A stretch of DNA of 64,000 nucleotides from Leucoraja erinacea (lineage: Eukaryota), in the NCBI RefSeq assembly GCF_028641065.1, contig NC_073391.1, positions 36,456,001-36,520,000 of the forward strand. The letters run 5' to 3'. Positions 37,601 through 52,600 of the stretch are shown piece by piece; position 1 is the first letter of the stretch, and each line of letters opens with the position of its first letter. Below the pieces are notes generated by a model that saw only the letters and a program-made list of their open reading frames with translations, ran no database searches and had not been told where the DNA came from. Both the position numbers and the translations under genes were made by a program.

Positions 37601-39125
37601 GCACTCCCTCGTGGCGAGGCAAGGGATACAAGATCTCTGCTGTTCGTCATAATAATTAATGTCATAATAAGGAACGGGAAGAAGCTATTCCGCTTTTTGA
37701 GGCCCCTCACTATTAATATATACACTCGGCTCACAGGAACCCTTCTGGGGTGCAGTTCACCCCGAACATCGGCAGTCTTTTAGAGGAGAGTCCCGGATTC
37801 AAACCAAGTCCAGTAGGAAAAAATGCTTCCTGATAATATTCCCGATGGCTTAGATCTACATTTTCAGAACCTTTTTTTTCCCCAGAATGGAAATATCAAA
37901 TGCTGGAGGGCATAGCTTGAAGATGAAAGGGGCAAGGTTTAAAGGAGATGCACCGGGCAGGTATTTTTTTTACACAGAGGACGGTGAGTGCCTGGGACGC
38001 GGAGACTGGTGGTGGAGGCAGATACAGTAGAGGCATTTAAGAGACGTTTAGATAGGTAAATGGATATGGATACAATGCGATATAACTTTATTTATCCCAG
38101 GAGGGAAATTGGTCTGCCAACAGTCATAAAAAACACAAAATACATGAAATTAAAGTGACGAGTGGAAAGGATTGGGGATGTGCAAAGATTGGGATAGGGA
38201 GGGTAGTCGGTCTCGGTCTACCCACGACAGAAGGTGGAGGGGTTGTACAGTTTGATAGCCACAGGGGAGAAGGATCTCCCGTGGCGCTCTGTCGGTGGAA
38301 CCAGTCTGTTGCCGAAGGTACTCCTCAGGTTGACCAGTGTGCCATGGAGGGGGTGAGCTGTATTGTCCAGGATGTTCCGCAGTTTGAGGAGCATCCTCCT
38401 CTCCAAGACCACCTCCCACGAACCCAACTCCGGCCCCAGGACCCAACCAGTCTTGCAATGTGGGGATATGAATTATATGCAGGCAGATAAGTTAGTTTTG
38501 ACATCATGTTGGACATAGGCATTGTGGACCGAAGGGCCTGTTCCTGCGCTATACTGTTCTATGTTCAGTGTTAAAAAATAAGGTTATGACCCTCCCTCCC
38601 ATGCCCATGCCCATGATGATTTGTCCCAATCTATCCCATTGAACCATCTTGCCGTTTTCTGTTCTTGCATTCAAGCAAGATGGGTCAATGAGTATTGAGT
38701 CCCAATCGGCTGACAATGGCCAACCGCCTTTCTCGCTGCACTCTGAAGGCTCAGAGTCAGTGAGACCTCCTTGTGGCCGGGTGCCAACCTCCCCGTCTAA
38801 ACTACCAAGATTCAATCATCATCTGACTGCAGCGCTCCGTGAAACACAGCAATCAGGAACAGTAGTGCATCAATTAACGTTCAGAAGGCAACGACCGAGC
38901 TTCGGAAATCGCACCAGCAATCCAATCAATTAAATGCAACATGCAGGATTGGCAATGTACACATCTACAAGTTCCTAACGCCTTAGCTTGGAGCTTGGAG
39001 CTTGGCAAGAAAGCAACGCCGACTTCAAGGTAGTGGCAACAATAGATTTTTTTTTATATACAAAAGGCACGATTGTGATCATAACAGTAACACATTTCCC
39101 GCAAAGAAACAATTCGGTGAATGCA

Positions 39126-39131
39126 TTTATT
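39126..39131 (-). terminator. Candidate polyadenylation signal AATAAA for the short LRRTM3 isoform
   Basis: tttatt on the + strand, about 200 nt downstream of the TGA stop in an AT-rich 3'UTR. Confidence 0.5.
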
Positions 39132-39333
39132 AAAATCAATAGCTGTTGATGAAAAACGAAACCTCTGAGCTTTTGGAATGTATGTGCGCACCTTTCAATA
39201 ATATACTATATGCAGGGTTCAATCAAAAATAACTATTCCGCCAAATCTCACCCAGGGCAAACATTTAAGACCCCGGCCACAGTTCACGTGTTTACCTCTA
39301 TAACTCCCGCATGTTTTGTGTGTGATGAGAAGT

Positions 39334-41960
<2,627 letters not shown>

Positions 41961-42054
41961 TCCAATTCCCACACGACCAAGTGAGCCCTCCCGAGAAGGA
42001 GATCAAGTGAAGGGAGACTGGATACACACTGCGAAAGCCCCCTGGGGACCGAGG

Positions 42055-42290
42055 TGTAGACACACAAAAAAAAAGCTGGAGTAACTCAGCGGGACAGGCA
42101 GCATCTCTGGAGAGCAGGAATAGGTGATGTTTCGGGTCGAGCCCCTTCTTCAGACTGGTTCGGGATAAGGGAAACGAGAGAAGTAGACGGTGATGTAGGG
42201 GTAAAGAACAATGAATGAAAGAAATGCAAAAAAAAGTAACGATGATAAAGGAAACAGCAAACATTGTTGGCTGTTTGTTGGGTAGACAGC
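42055..42290 (-). mobile_element. Penelope-like terminal repeat with near-intact hammerhead core, just upstream of the LRRTM3 promoter
   Basis: Minus strand agtCTGAAGAaggggctcgacccGAAAcatcacc. Further copies at ~4417-4512(+), 20580-20710(-), 21079-21171(+), 45759-45853(+), 52290-52850(-), 61103-61230(-) and 61260-61483(+). Confidence 0.75.
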
Positions 42291-45200
42291 GAAGCCGGCG
42301 TACGGGGGTCAGAAATAATTCCCATTGCTGGGGACATCTCGCCAGAATTGTCCCAGGGTGTCCAGATCGATCTCTGGGGCACGGTCCAGGGAAACAAGGC
42401 TGCCCTTCAATAACCCATTACCTGTCGTGGTTTCCTTTCCACTCTTTCGTTTATCAGTTGTACGAATGGTGGGGAGAAGAAGCTGGCCAACACTTAGCAG
42501 GGTGTTGAAGAATCTGTTTGCTCGCGGACTGGCTGAGAATGGAGGGTATGGAGCTGTGGGGGAGCCTGGAGTCATCCAATCTACGTGATCCTGAAAGCAT
42601 GTGCCGTTTTTTTTTGTTCAAGTCCAGATCACAAAGTTCTGAAGGAACCCATCGAGTCGGGCAGCGCCCATGGAGGGGATGTGCATTCAACTCTTCAGGT
42701 TGAGACCCCTCTTCAGATGCTCCACGGACTAAACAGACGCTGCCCGACATGCTGAGTTTCTCCAGCATTTTTGTCATCCAGTGTGCAGTTTCTTGTGCCT
42801 CTATGTGTACGATAGGCATGATCCTGACATGTATATACGGTGTTGACAGACATAGATAGATACACACAAAATGCTGGAGTAACCCAGCGGGACAGATAGA
42901 CGTGAATAGATAATGTGTGCATTGTATCTAAATTTGTTGAAGGTACAAAGGTAATTGGGAAGCAAATTGGGAGGAGGCACAGAGTAAAGTTCAGGCAGTT
43001 GGAGCATAATGTGGAGAATTGTATGCTTGTCCACCTCGCTAAGAGGAATTGCTTCTATGGGAATGATGGTGTACAGAGGGACTTGGGCATACCGATTGAA
43101 AACAGAAAGTTACCAAAGTAAAGGAAGTAACAAAAAAAACTGATGGGATATTCCAAGAGATTGAGTATAAAAGTTGGGAAGAGCATAACTGGAGGACTAT
43201 GTACAGATTTGTTTTTCACTTAAGGAGGTATATGAAGGCAGCAAGGGATGTGATTGTTAACTTTGATGAATTTCCAACCAAAAACAGGTTGTAAAGAGGA
43301 TTTAAGGAGGCCACAGAGGGATATACATAGATCAGGTGATTGTGAAAGTCCAGAACCAGGAGCCACAGTTTAAGAATAAGGAGTAAGCCATTTAGAACAG
43401 AGACGAGGAAACACTTTTTCTCACAGAGAGTGGTGAGTCTGTGGAATTCTCTGCCTCAGAGGGCGGTGGAGGCAGGTTCTCTGGATGCTTTCAAGAGAGA
43501 GCTGGATAGGGCTCTTAAAGATAGCGGAGTCAGGGGATATGGGGAGAAGGCAGGAGGACTGGGGGGGGGGGGGTACTGATTGGGGATGATCAGCCATGAT
43601 CACATTGAATGGCGGTGCTGGCTCAAAGGGCCAAATGGCCTACTCCTGCACCTATTGTCTAAATAGAGAAGAATGTAAATTTGTAAATTCGCTCAATGTG
43701 GCAGGGAAATTAAAAAAAAACATATTATCTAAATGCTGAGACGTTGTAGGGTTCTGAATCATCGACAGATCTGGATGTCTGAGATCTATGATTCAGATAA
43801 AAGAAGCATCCGCTTGTAAGTAATGAGGAAAGCTAAAATAATCTGATCATTTATTGCGAGGGGAATTGAATACAATAGCAGGTAGTCATGGAGTCATAGA
43901 GTGATACAACTTGCCCAACATGTCCCAGCTACATTAGTCTCACCTGCCTGTCTTTGGTCCATAATCCCTCCAAACCTGTTCTATCCATGTATCTGTCTAA
44001 CTGTTTCTTACATGCTGAGATATTCCCTGCCTGAGTTACCCTTTAGATTCCTATTCAATCTTTTCCCCTTCACCTTAAACCTATGTCCTCTGGTCCTCGA
44101 TTCACCTACTCTGGGCAAGAGACTGTGCATCTACCTGATCTATTCCTCTTATGATTGTATACACCTCTATCAGATCACCCCTCATTTACCTGCTGTCCAA
44201 GAAATAGAGTCCCAGCCTACTCAACCTCTCCCTATAGCTCAGACCCTCTAGACTTGGGAACATCCTCGTAAATCTCTGTACCATTTCCAGCTTCCCAGGG
44301 AGGTTATTCTTCATTTATACAGGGCAACAATGAGACCACATGTGGAGTATTGTATACAAATTTGGTCTCCTTATTTAAGGAAGGATTTTACTACAGAAGG
44401 CTTTCATTTTACCTGTACCTCACCATATTTGCATATTCGACGATCAACTTGACTTACCAGACCAATGGCTGAATACTTTTTTTTAAATGAGGAACATCTG
44501 GACAGGTTAGATTTGAATGCATTAGAGTTTAGAAGAGTGAGTGGCAACTTGAATGAATCAGAGGTATCTTGTACAGGGTGTCATCGACTTTAAGTAAGTG
44601 CATTTTACAGTTGTTTAGTTTATTAGTTTAAAGATACAGCACTGAAACAAGACAGGAGCCTGAAATCTGTGACATCCAGGTTCAGGAACAGCTACTTCCC
44701 CACAGCCTTCAGACTATTAAACACAACTTCGAACAAACTCTGAACTATAACAGCCTATTGCACTTTATCTGTTTATTTATGTGTGTATATATATATATTC
44801 TATGGTATATGGACACTCTGATCTGATCTGTATTTATGCCTACAATATTCTGTTGTGCAGCAGCAACCAAGAATTTCATTGTCCTATCTGAGACACATGA
44901 CAATAAACTCTCTTGACTCTTGACTTGACTTGACTCTAACAGTATTGATGAGCAGAGAGATCTTGGGGTCCAGGTTCATAGCTCCCTGAAATTGGTAATA
45001 TAACTGGATAGAGTGATAAAGAGTGCATATGGTATGCTCGCTTTCATTGGTCTGGGAATCGAGTATAAGAGGAAGGAAGTCATGATACTTCCCCATGAGA
45101 TATTGGTCAGAATGCATTTAGAGTAGTCCGTGTGGTTCTGGTCACATTACTGGAAGGATGTGAAGGCTTTGGAGAGGGTGCAGAATTATAATGTGGTAGC

Positions 45201-45946
45201 CCCCTACATTGGAGAAATCAAAAGTAGAACTTCCATTTATCTGTTGCTTCTCATGGCTTCAGCTTTTCCAGACTCCATTGTAGAGAATAAACAATTTTAA
45301 TTCTCCAAAATTCCCCAGGTCTGAGTAAAGTTCCATTGGATTAGAAATAACCGATCTAGTTCCTTTGTTAATAAAGGGAGGGAGACAGAATGCAAGAAAA
45401 CACCAGGTAATTACCTTAACATCTGTCATTTAGAAAATCTTAGAAGATATGATTAAAGGCTGAGGGGATTTAGAGTAATAAGGCAAAGTCAGTGTTATTT
45501 AATGGAAGGAAGTTCAAGTTTGATCAAAATATTGGAGTTCTCTGACAACATAATGTGCTCTGGATACAGGGGAACCAGCGGGTGTTCTATACCCAGATTG
45601 CTACAGGGCGTTTATATGGAACTGCATCAAAACTTATTGGGCAAAATAGAAACTCGTACTGTAGGAGATAACATATTGACATAGACGAAGGATTGGCTAG
45701 TTAACAGGAAGTAGAACAGATATATGTAGGAAGGAACTGTAGATGCATGTTTTCACCATCTGAAGAAGGGTCTCTACCTGAAACGTCACCCATTCCTTCT
45801 TTCCAGAGATGCTGCCTGTCCTGCTGAGTTATTCCAGCATTTTGTGTCTATCTTTTAGTTTAGTTTAGTTTAGAAATACAGTGTGGAAACAGGCCCTTCG
45901 GCCCACCAGGTCCAAGCTGACCAACAATCGTATTAACACTATCCTA

Positions 45947-47306
45947 CAGTAACTATTCAGACCCTTTGCTATGACACTCAAAATTGAGCTTAGGTTCATC
46001 CTGTTTCCTTTGATTATTCTTGAGATGTTTCTATAACTTGATTGGAGTCCACCAGTGGTAAATTAAATTGATTGGACATGATTTGGAAAGGCACACACCT
46101 GTCTATATAAGGTCCCACAGTTGACAGTGCATGTCTGATCAAAAACCAAGCAATGAAGATGAAAGAAATGTCCGTAGACTTCCGAGACAGGATTGTGTCG
46201 AGACACAGATCTGGGGAAAGGTATAAAACAATTTCTGCAGCATTGCAGGTCCCGAAAAGCACAGTGGCCTCTGTCATTCTTAAATGGAAGAACTTTGGAA
46301 CCACCAGGACACTTCATAGAGCTGGCCACCTGGCCAAACTGAGCAATTGGGGGAGAAGGGCCTTGGTCAGGGAGGTGACCAAGAACCTGATGGTCACTCT
46401 GACAGAGCTCCAGAGTTCATCTGTGGAAATGGGAGAACCTTCCGGAAGGACAACTATATCTGCAGCACTCCCCCAATCAGGCCGGACGGAAGCCACTCCT
46501 CAGTAAAAGGCACATGACAGCCCGCTTGGAGTTTGCCAAAAGGCATGAGAAACAAGATTCTCTGGTCTGATGAAACCAAGATTGAACTCTTTGGCCTGAA
46601 TGCCAAGCGTCACGTCCGGAGGAAACCAGGCACGGGTCATCACCTGGCCAATACCATACCTACTGTGAAGCATGGTGATGGCAGCATCATGCTGTGGGGA
46701 TGTTTTTCAGCAGAAGGAACTGGGAGGCTAGTAAGATTGAGGGAAAGATGAACAGAGCAAAGTACAGAGAGATCCTTGATGAAAACCTGCTCCAGAGCAT
46801 TCTGGACCTCAGACTGTGGCAGAGGTTCACCTTCCAACAGGACAACGACCCTAAGCACACAGCCAAGACAACACAGGAGTGGCTTTGTGACAAATCTGTG
46901 AATGCCCTTGAGTGACCCAGCCAGAGCCTGGACTTGAACCCGATCAAACATCTCTGGAAAATAGGCTGTGCATTGACGTTCCCGATTCAACCTGACAGAG
47001 CTTGAGAGGATCTGCAGAGAGGAATGGGAGAAATTACCCAAATACAGGTGTGCCAAGCTTGTAGCGTCATACCCAAGAAGACTTGAGGCTGTAATCGCTG
47101 CCAAAGGTGCCTCAACAAAGTACTGAGTAAAGGGTCTGAGTGTGCTATTTCAGTTATGTCTTTTTAATTACTTTGCAAACATTTCTAAACCTCATACTTG
47201 TTTTCATTTTTTTATTATGGGGTATTGTAATCAATTTTAGAATAAGGCTGTAACGTAACAAAATGTTGAAAAAGTGAAGGGGTCTGAATACTTTCTGAAT
47301 GCAATG
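45947..47306 (+). mobile_element. Tc1-family (DD34E, IR/DR type) DNA transposon, defective
   Basis: Right TIR ...aaaagtgaaggggtctgaatactttctgaatgcaatg|TA. The left end TA|CAGT jumps straight to the inner direct repeat (tattcagaccctttgctatgacactc). Transposase remnants lie inside. Confidence 0.93.
46153..47126 (+). pseudogene. Tc1 transposase pseudogene
   Basis: Paired-like HTH (RDRIVSRHRSG..YKTISAAL.VPKSTV), WSDETKIELFG, TVKHGDGSIMLWGCF, FQQDNDPKH and DLNPIKHLW (catalytic E mutated to K); frameshifts, small deletions and a stop. Confidence 0.92.
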
Positions 47307-47970
47307 TATACCAAAATTCGCTGTGGAATTGTGTTGGAAGGAACTGCAGATGCTGGTTTAAACTGAAGATAGACACAAAATGCTGGTGTAGATTCTAGGG
47401 TGTCTGCATGATGGTAGTTCTGCGTTTGCACCCCTCCCCCCAGATGTAACAAGGATAGAATACCCCAGGTCCTCTCCTTTCACTCCACCGGTCTCTGCAT
47501 CCAACACATCATCTCCACCCCTTTCCACCTTCCACAGAGACCAATCCTTCTGCTTATCCCTTCTCACCCAAACCATCCTACTTTTCTCTGCAACTGTGGG
47601 AGGTATCACCTATCATAGAAACATAGAAAATATGTGCAGGAGTAGGCCATTCGGCCCTTCGAGCCTGCACCGCCATTCAATATGATCATGGCTGATCATC
47701 CACTCAGTATCCTGTACCTGCCTTCTCTCCATAACCCCCTGATCCCTTTAGCCACAAGGGCCCATCTAACTCCCTCTTAAATATAGCCAATGAACTGGCC
47801 TCAACTACCTTCTGTGGTAGAGTATTCCAGAGATTCACCACTCTCCGTGTGAAAAATGTTTTTCTCATCTTGGTCCTAAAAGATTTCCCCCTTATCCTTA
47901 AACTGTGACCCCTTGTTCTGGAATTCCCCAACATCGGGAACAATCTTCCTGCATCTAGCCTGTCCAACCT

Positions 47971-48630
47971 ATCCTTATATCTCCTCCCTCACCTCCATCC
48001 AAGGATCTCAGCAGTCCTTCCAGGTGAGACAGGGGTTCACGTTCACCTCCTTTAACCTGCATCCGGTGTCGCCAACGTGGCCTCCTGTATCTGCGAGACC
48101 AAGCGTAGACTTGGCGACCATTTTGCAGCCGAACTCTTGCACTTTGTCTGCCAAGGCCGACTGGATTTCCCTTGTGGAGTTACAAACCATATTAACTCCC
48201 CTTCCCGTTCCCATTCTGTGCTGGGCCTCCTCCATTGCCAGTAAGGCCACAAGCAAACTGGCAGAACAGCACCTCATATTTCGCTTGGGTAGCTTACAAC
48301 CCAACAGTATGAACATTGAATTCTTCAGTTTTAGGTAATCTCTAACAACCCCCTTTCTCCCTCACATCCCCCTTTCTTCTCACTGTGTCCTACTTAGACT
48401 CACACCTATTTCTTTTCTCCCCCCCCTACCTCTGCAATTCCCCAATCCTTCTGTCTTGCGCCTACTGTATTTTCATCGCTGTCCTTTGTCCAGTATTCTG
48501 CGTATCAACCTGCCCACCACTCACTTGTGTTCAGCTGTAACCTGCCACATTTTTGTCCTGCCCCCCCTCTCTTCCAGCTTTCTTTCCCGTCCTACAAGCA
48601 GCATCTGCGCTTCCATGTTTCTACATACAT
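47971..48630 (+). mobile_element. Penelope-like GIY-YIG/3' fragment
   Basis: FQVRQGFTFTSFN...KLAEQHLIFRLGSLQPNSMNIEF. Confidence 0.75.
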
Positions 48631-49547
48631 GATTGCCCACCAGATTCTTTCCGGTGATGGGAGTAGTCATATCAAGCGAGATTACACATAATTAGGCTGT
48701 AGTCTCTTGAGTTTAAAAGACTGAGATGTGATCCCATTGAAATCCAAAATCTGTAGAGAGATGGCAGGATTGCCGTGGAGAGGATGTCTCTCGTGTCTAG
48801 GGTGGCTGCATGCATGCAGTCTCTCTTTCAAAGTAAGGTGTCAGCCATTCTGGATGGCGTTTTGGAAGGAATCTCTTAACCCTGAGAGCAATGATGATTG
48901 GAATTCTCTACTCAAGGGCTGTGGAGATCATATGCTGAGGATATTTGAGATAGAAACTTATGACTTCTAGACTTTTAAGGAATAAACAAGTATGAGATTC
49001 AGTCAGAAAGAGAATAATACTGAGGTAAATGATCAGCCTTGATTTCATTGATGGGTGAAATGGGTGTAAAGGTTGAATGAGCAATTCCTAATTCTTAAGT
49101 CATAGAACCTACTGCATTCTTTTGATAGGAGGCACCTCAGTTTAATGTCCAGTATGTTGCATTTTGCTGGAGTGTCGGCATAGACCATGTGCAACTGCAT
49201 CCTGAGTAAGGTTTGAACTCAAAATCTTACTCGTTTGAACTAAGAGACCTGCCACCGAGCTACAGTTAATTCTGAAAATTGAATTAATGTAAAGGGCCAT
49301 ATCTTGTTGGCACTTTAGATTGCTGTTTGCAGTCTATCACCACCCCAGCTTTGCTGGCTTCAGCAGCTATGGTTTTCACATCTCTCTGATATTTAAAAAC
49401 TATCAGAGGTTATGGGGAGAAGGCAGGAGAATGGGGTTAGGGGAGAGAGATATGTCATCCATGATTGAATGGCACAGTAGACTTGATGGACAAATGACCT
49501 AATTCCACTTATGATCTTACGATTAAAAATGAAGTCAAATACATTGA

Positions 49548-49639
49548 AGATGGGTTTCGGCCCGAAACGTTGCCTTTTTCCTTCGCTCCATAGATGCTGC
49601 TGCACCCTCTGAGTTTCTCCAGCTTTTTTGTGTACCTTC
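49548..49639 (+). ncRNA. Penelope-derived hammerhead mini-insertion (second subfamily)
   Basis: (tga)agatgggtttcggcccgaaacgtt; 16-bp TSD aagt(c/a)aaatacattga. Confidence 0.65.
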
Positions 49640-52600
49640 AAGTAAAATACATTGATCTTTTAAAATAAAATCATTAACTAAACCAAAATAAAAATATTAA
49701 ATTAAAGGTAAGTACTTTGCACCCCCCCCCCCCCCATCTCCCCAGATCTTGCTACAGGATTCAGAAGCATATTGCATTAATTATTTAATAAGTTCATTGG
49801 CCAAGTATGTACACATACAAGGAATTTGCGTTGGTGCTCCGCTCGCAAGTATCAACACGACATGGAATAAACCATTTAGAATAAAACATAAAACATTAAA
49901 ACATTAAGAATAAAACATTATAGTTTAAACAATAATTAAATATTATAGTTTAAAACATTACAGTTTTGCAAGGTGATCTTATTGATTCCGTACTCCAAAT
50001 CTGACAGGTGGGACTATGTCTTTGACAGCACATGCCGGCAGGTCCCAGACTTACTACTAATTAAATAGCTAAACATCAGCACTTCTATTTGGAACCACCA
50101 CCATTAGCAAGCAAGTATCATGTAGTTATTAATAATCTGCGACATACCTTGATTTTAAGTTGTGAGGATTTATTTTGTGTAAAGCACGTTAATGGCAGAG
50201 AGAAGTGGAACAAACTCTTCCCCCAACTTGTCATATTTCTTGTGAAGTGAGATAATAATACAATAGGGTTCCTCTCCATGATGGGAGATTGTGTCTGTCT
50301 GCTGTGTTATCATGACAATCACCTGCACATTTTGTTCAATCTGAAAAGGCTACACAGTCCCTGTTTCTTTTGCAATCGCCCAGTAGTTTGTGCAAGTGAG
50401 CTTGCAGTGGGCACAAGAGAACAATTGATTTAATAATTAACTGCTGGACCACATAAAACATAATTGGGTCCTTCCTTGTCAATTCGGTTTACTTTTCCAC
50501 GATCAACATGGATGGAAAAGACACCTTCCAACTTCAGTACCTCAATCCTAAATTGTCTCGGGTTTCAGCAAGAGGAAATTGATGGTCTCCAATAACATTG
50601 CAGCCTCAGCCTTCCCCCAGCCCAAAAGGCAACGTTTAGTTTAGTTTAGTTTAGAGATACAGCGCAGAAACAGGCCCTTCAGCCCACCATCCGCTCCGTC
50701 CAGCGATCCCCGCACATTAACATTATCCTACACGCACTAGGGCCAATTTTAGATTTGTACCAAGCCAATTAACCTACAAGTCAGTACGCCTTTGGAGTGT
50801 GGGAGGAAAACGAAGATCATGGTGAAAACCCATGCCGTCACGGGGAGAACATACAAATTCCATAGAGACAGCACCCGTAGACGGGATCGAACCTGGGTCT
50901 CTGGCTTTGTAAGTGCTGCAAAGCATCAACTCTCCCGCTGCGCCACCGTGCCACATGTTCCAACAATTCTTCCCTACCCAAGAACTGAATTCAGCAACTT
51001 TCACTAGTTCCTTCCCTTGTGTCCTCTCCAAGTTCTGCTTGTCTAACATTCTTGACAACGCTTCTTCCCCTTTCCTCTATACTCACCTACAGCGGATTTT
51101 TATCCACCAAATCTAAGCCAATTTTCCCTACAAAATCGTATTTGAATTATTTTAACCAGATATTAATCATCCCTGCCATATTATTGAAACCCTCCTTAGC
51201 AGTAGCTTACCAAGGGCTTTCCAGCACCACCTCTCCTAACCTACGATCTTCAGTACTTAGAACACAAGGCAGCAGATGAATGTAATGCCACAATTCACAA
51301 CTTCTACCCCTTCACATTGTGAACTTGATGATATGTCACCCTTTGTCCATTGGCACCAACAAAAAGTGCTGGATCTACCTAAAAATAGCAGGACCTTGAA
51401 GGGAGAAGACTCGCTGCACTCTTCTCAAGTGCAGGTGAGGATGAGTGTAAAATGTTGGCCTTGTTATCGATACTTGCATCATGCCTGAAAATGCAAGAAG
51501 CCACAAGTGACAAGCTGCATGATTGGGACGGTGATCCATTATCACTCTTCACCTCCGTGACCTGAATAAAGTCTTTGAAATAATTGGCCTTGCTTCCTCT
51601 CTCTAGTTCCTCTTTATTACCCACCAGTTTCACATCAACCACCTCAAGTTGGCATTAGAAAATAAACTGCAATGGTTTATTTTTCCATTCCTCGGTGTTC
51701 AATCTGACATTTGCAAAGATTCATTCTTGCTCCCTATGACTCATCATTTAAAAGCAGTCTTCATTGAAAAACATGCCGTGATTCCAGAGTAATGCTGAGA
51801 CCGTTGGCCCAACAAACTCACACTGCCTTTGATTCAACATTAACTTTCCAACAGCCAATGCTCGATGATCAGAAGTTTTCTTTGACTGAATCTTGGGAGG
51901 ACCAAAACATTTTGCCTTTGGTCCCCATCACAAACTTTGTTCCTTAGACTGTAACTGATATTTTAACCCAGAATTATTGCAGTGGAATATATTTGTGTGT
52001 AGGTATGTACAGGCAATCGCCAAAACCGTCTCAATAGTGCCAGAGACAGGAGGAAGGCTGCAGCCCTAAATCCTCCCTACAGCGGCCACATGATCCCCCC
52101 ACATCGGACTCATGAGTCGCACTCGATCCCATAAGACATGAGACTGCACAACCATGCTATCGACATCTACGACGAGCCACCACCATGTACAGTTATATAT
52201 TTGTATCCAATATCTGTATACGAGCAGGGTTGTTTATGTTTGACAGTGTATATACTTTTGCATGGTTTGTGCACATTTCTGTTTCTTTGTGTGTAGGAAG
52301 GAACTGCAGATGCTGGTTTCGACCGAAGATAGACACAAAAAGCTGGAGTAATGGCTTTTTGGGACAGAGGGAATGGGTGGCATTTCGGGTCAAGACCCTC
52401 ATGAATGATGTCAGGGGAGAGGGAGATACACAGATAAGGAAGCGTAAGGTGTGAAAATAGGACAAAGGGAATGGTCATCAAGAACAATGTAGAATAGATC
52501 ATTATTAGCTGGGAGAAGATACCAACAACAAAGCAAACAGAGATGTAATGTAGTCAGGGACAGTGAGACTGGCCGGAGAACTGGGAAGGGGAGGGATGGA

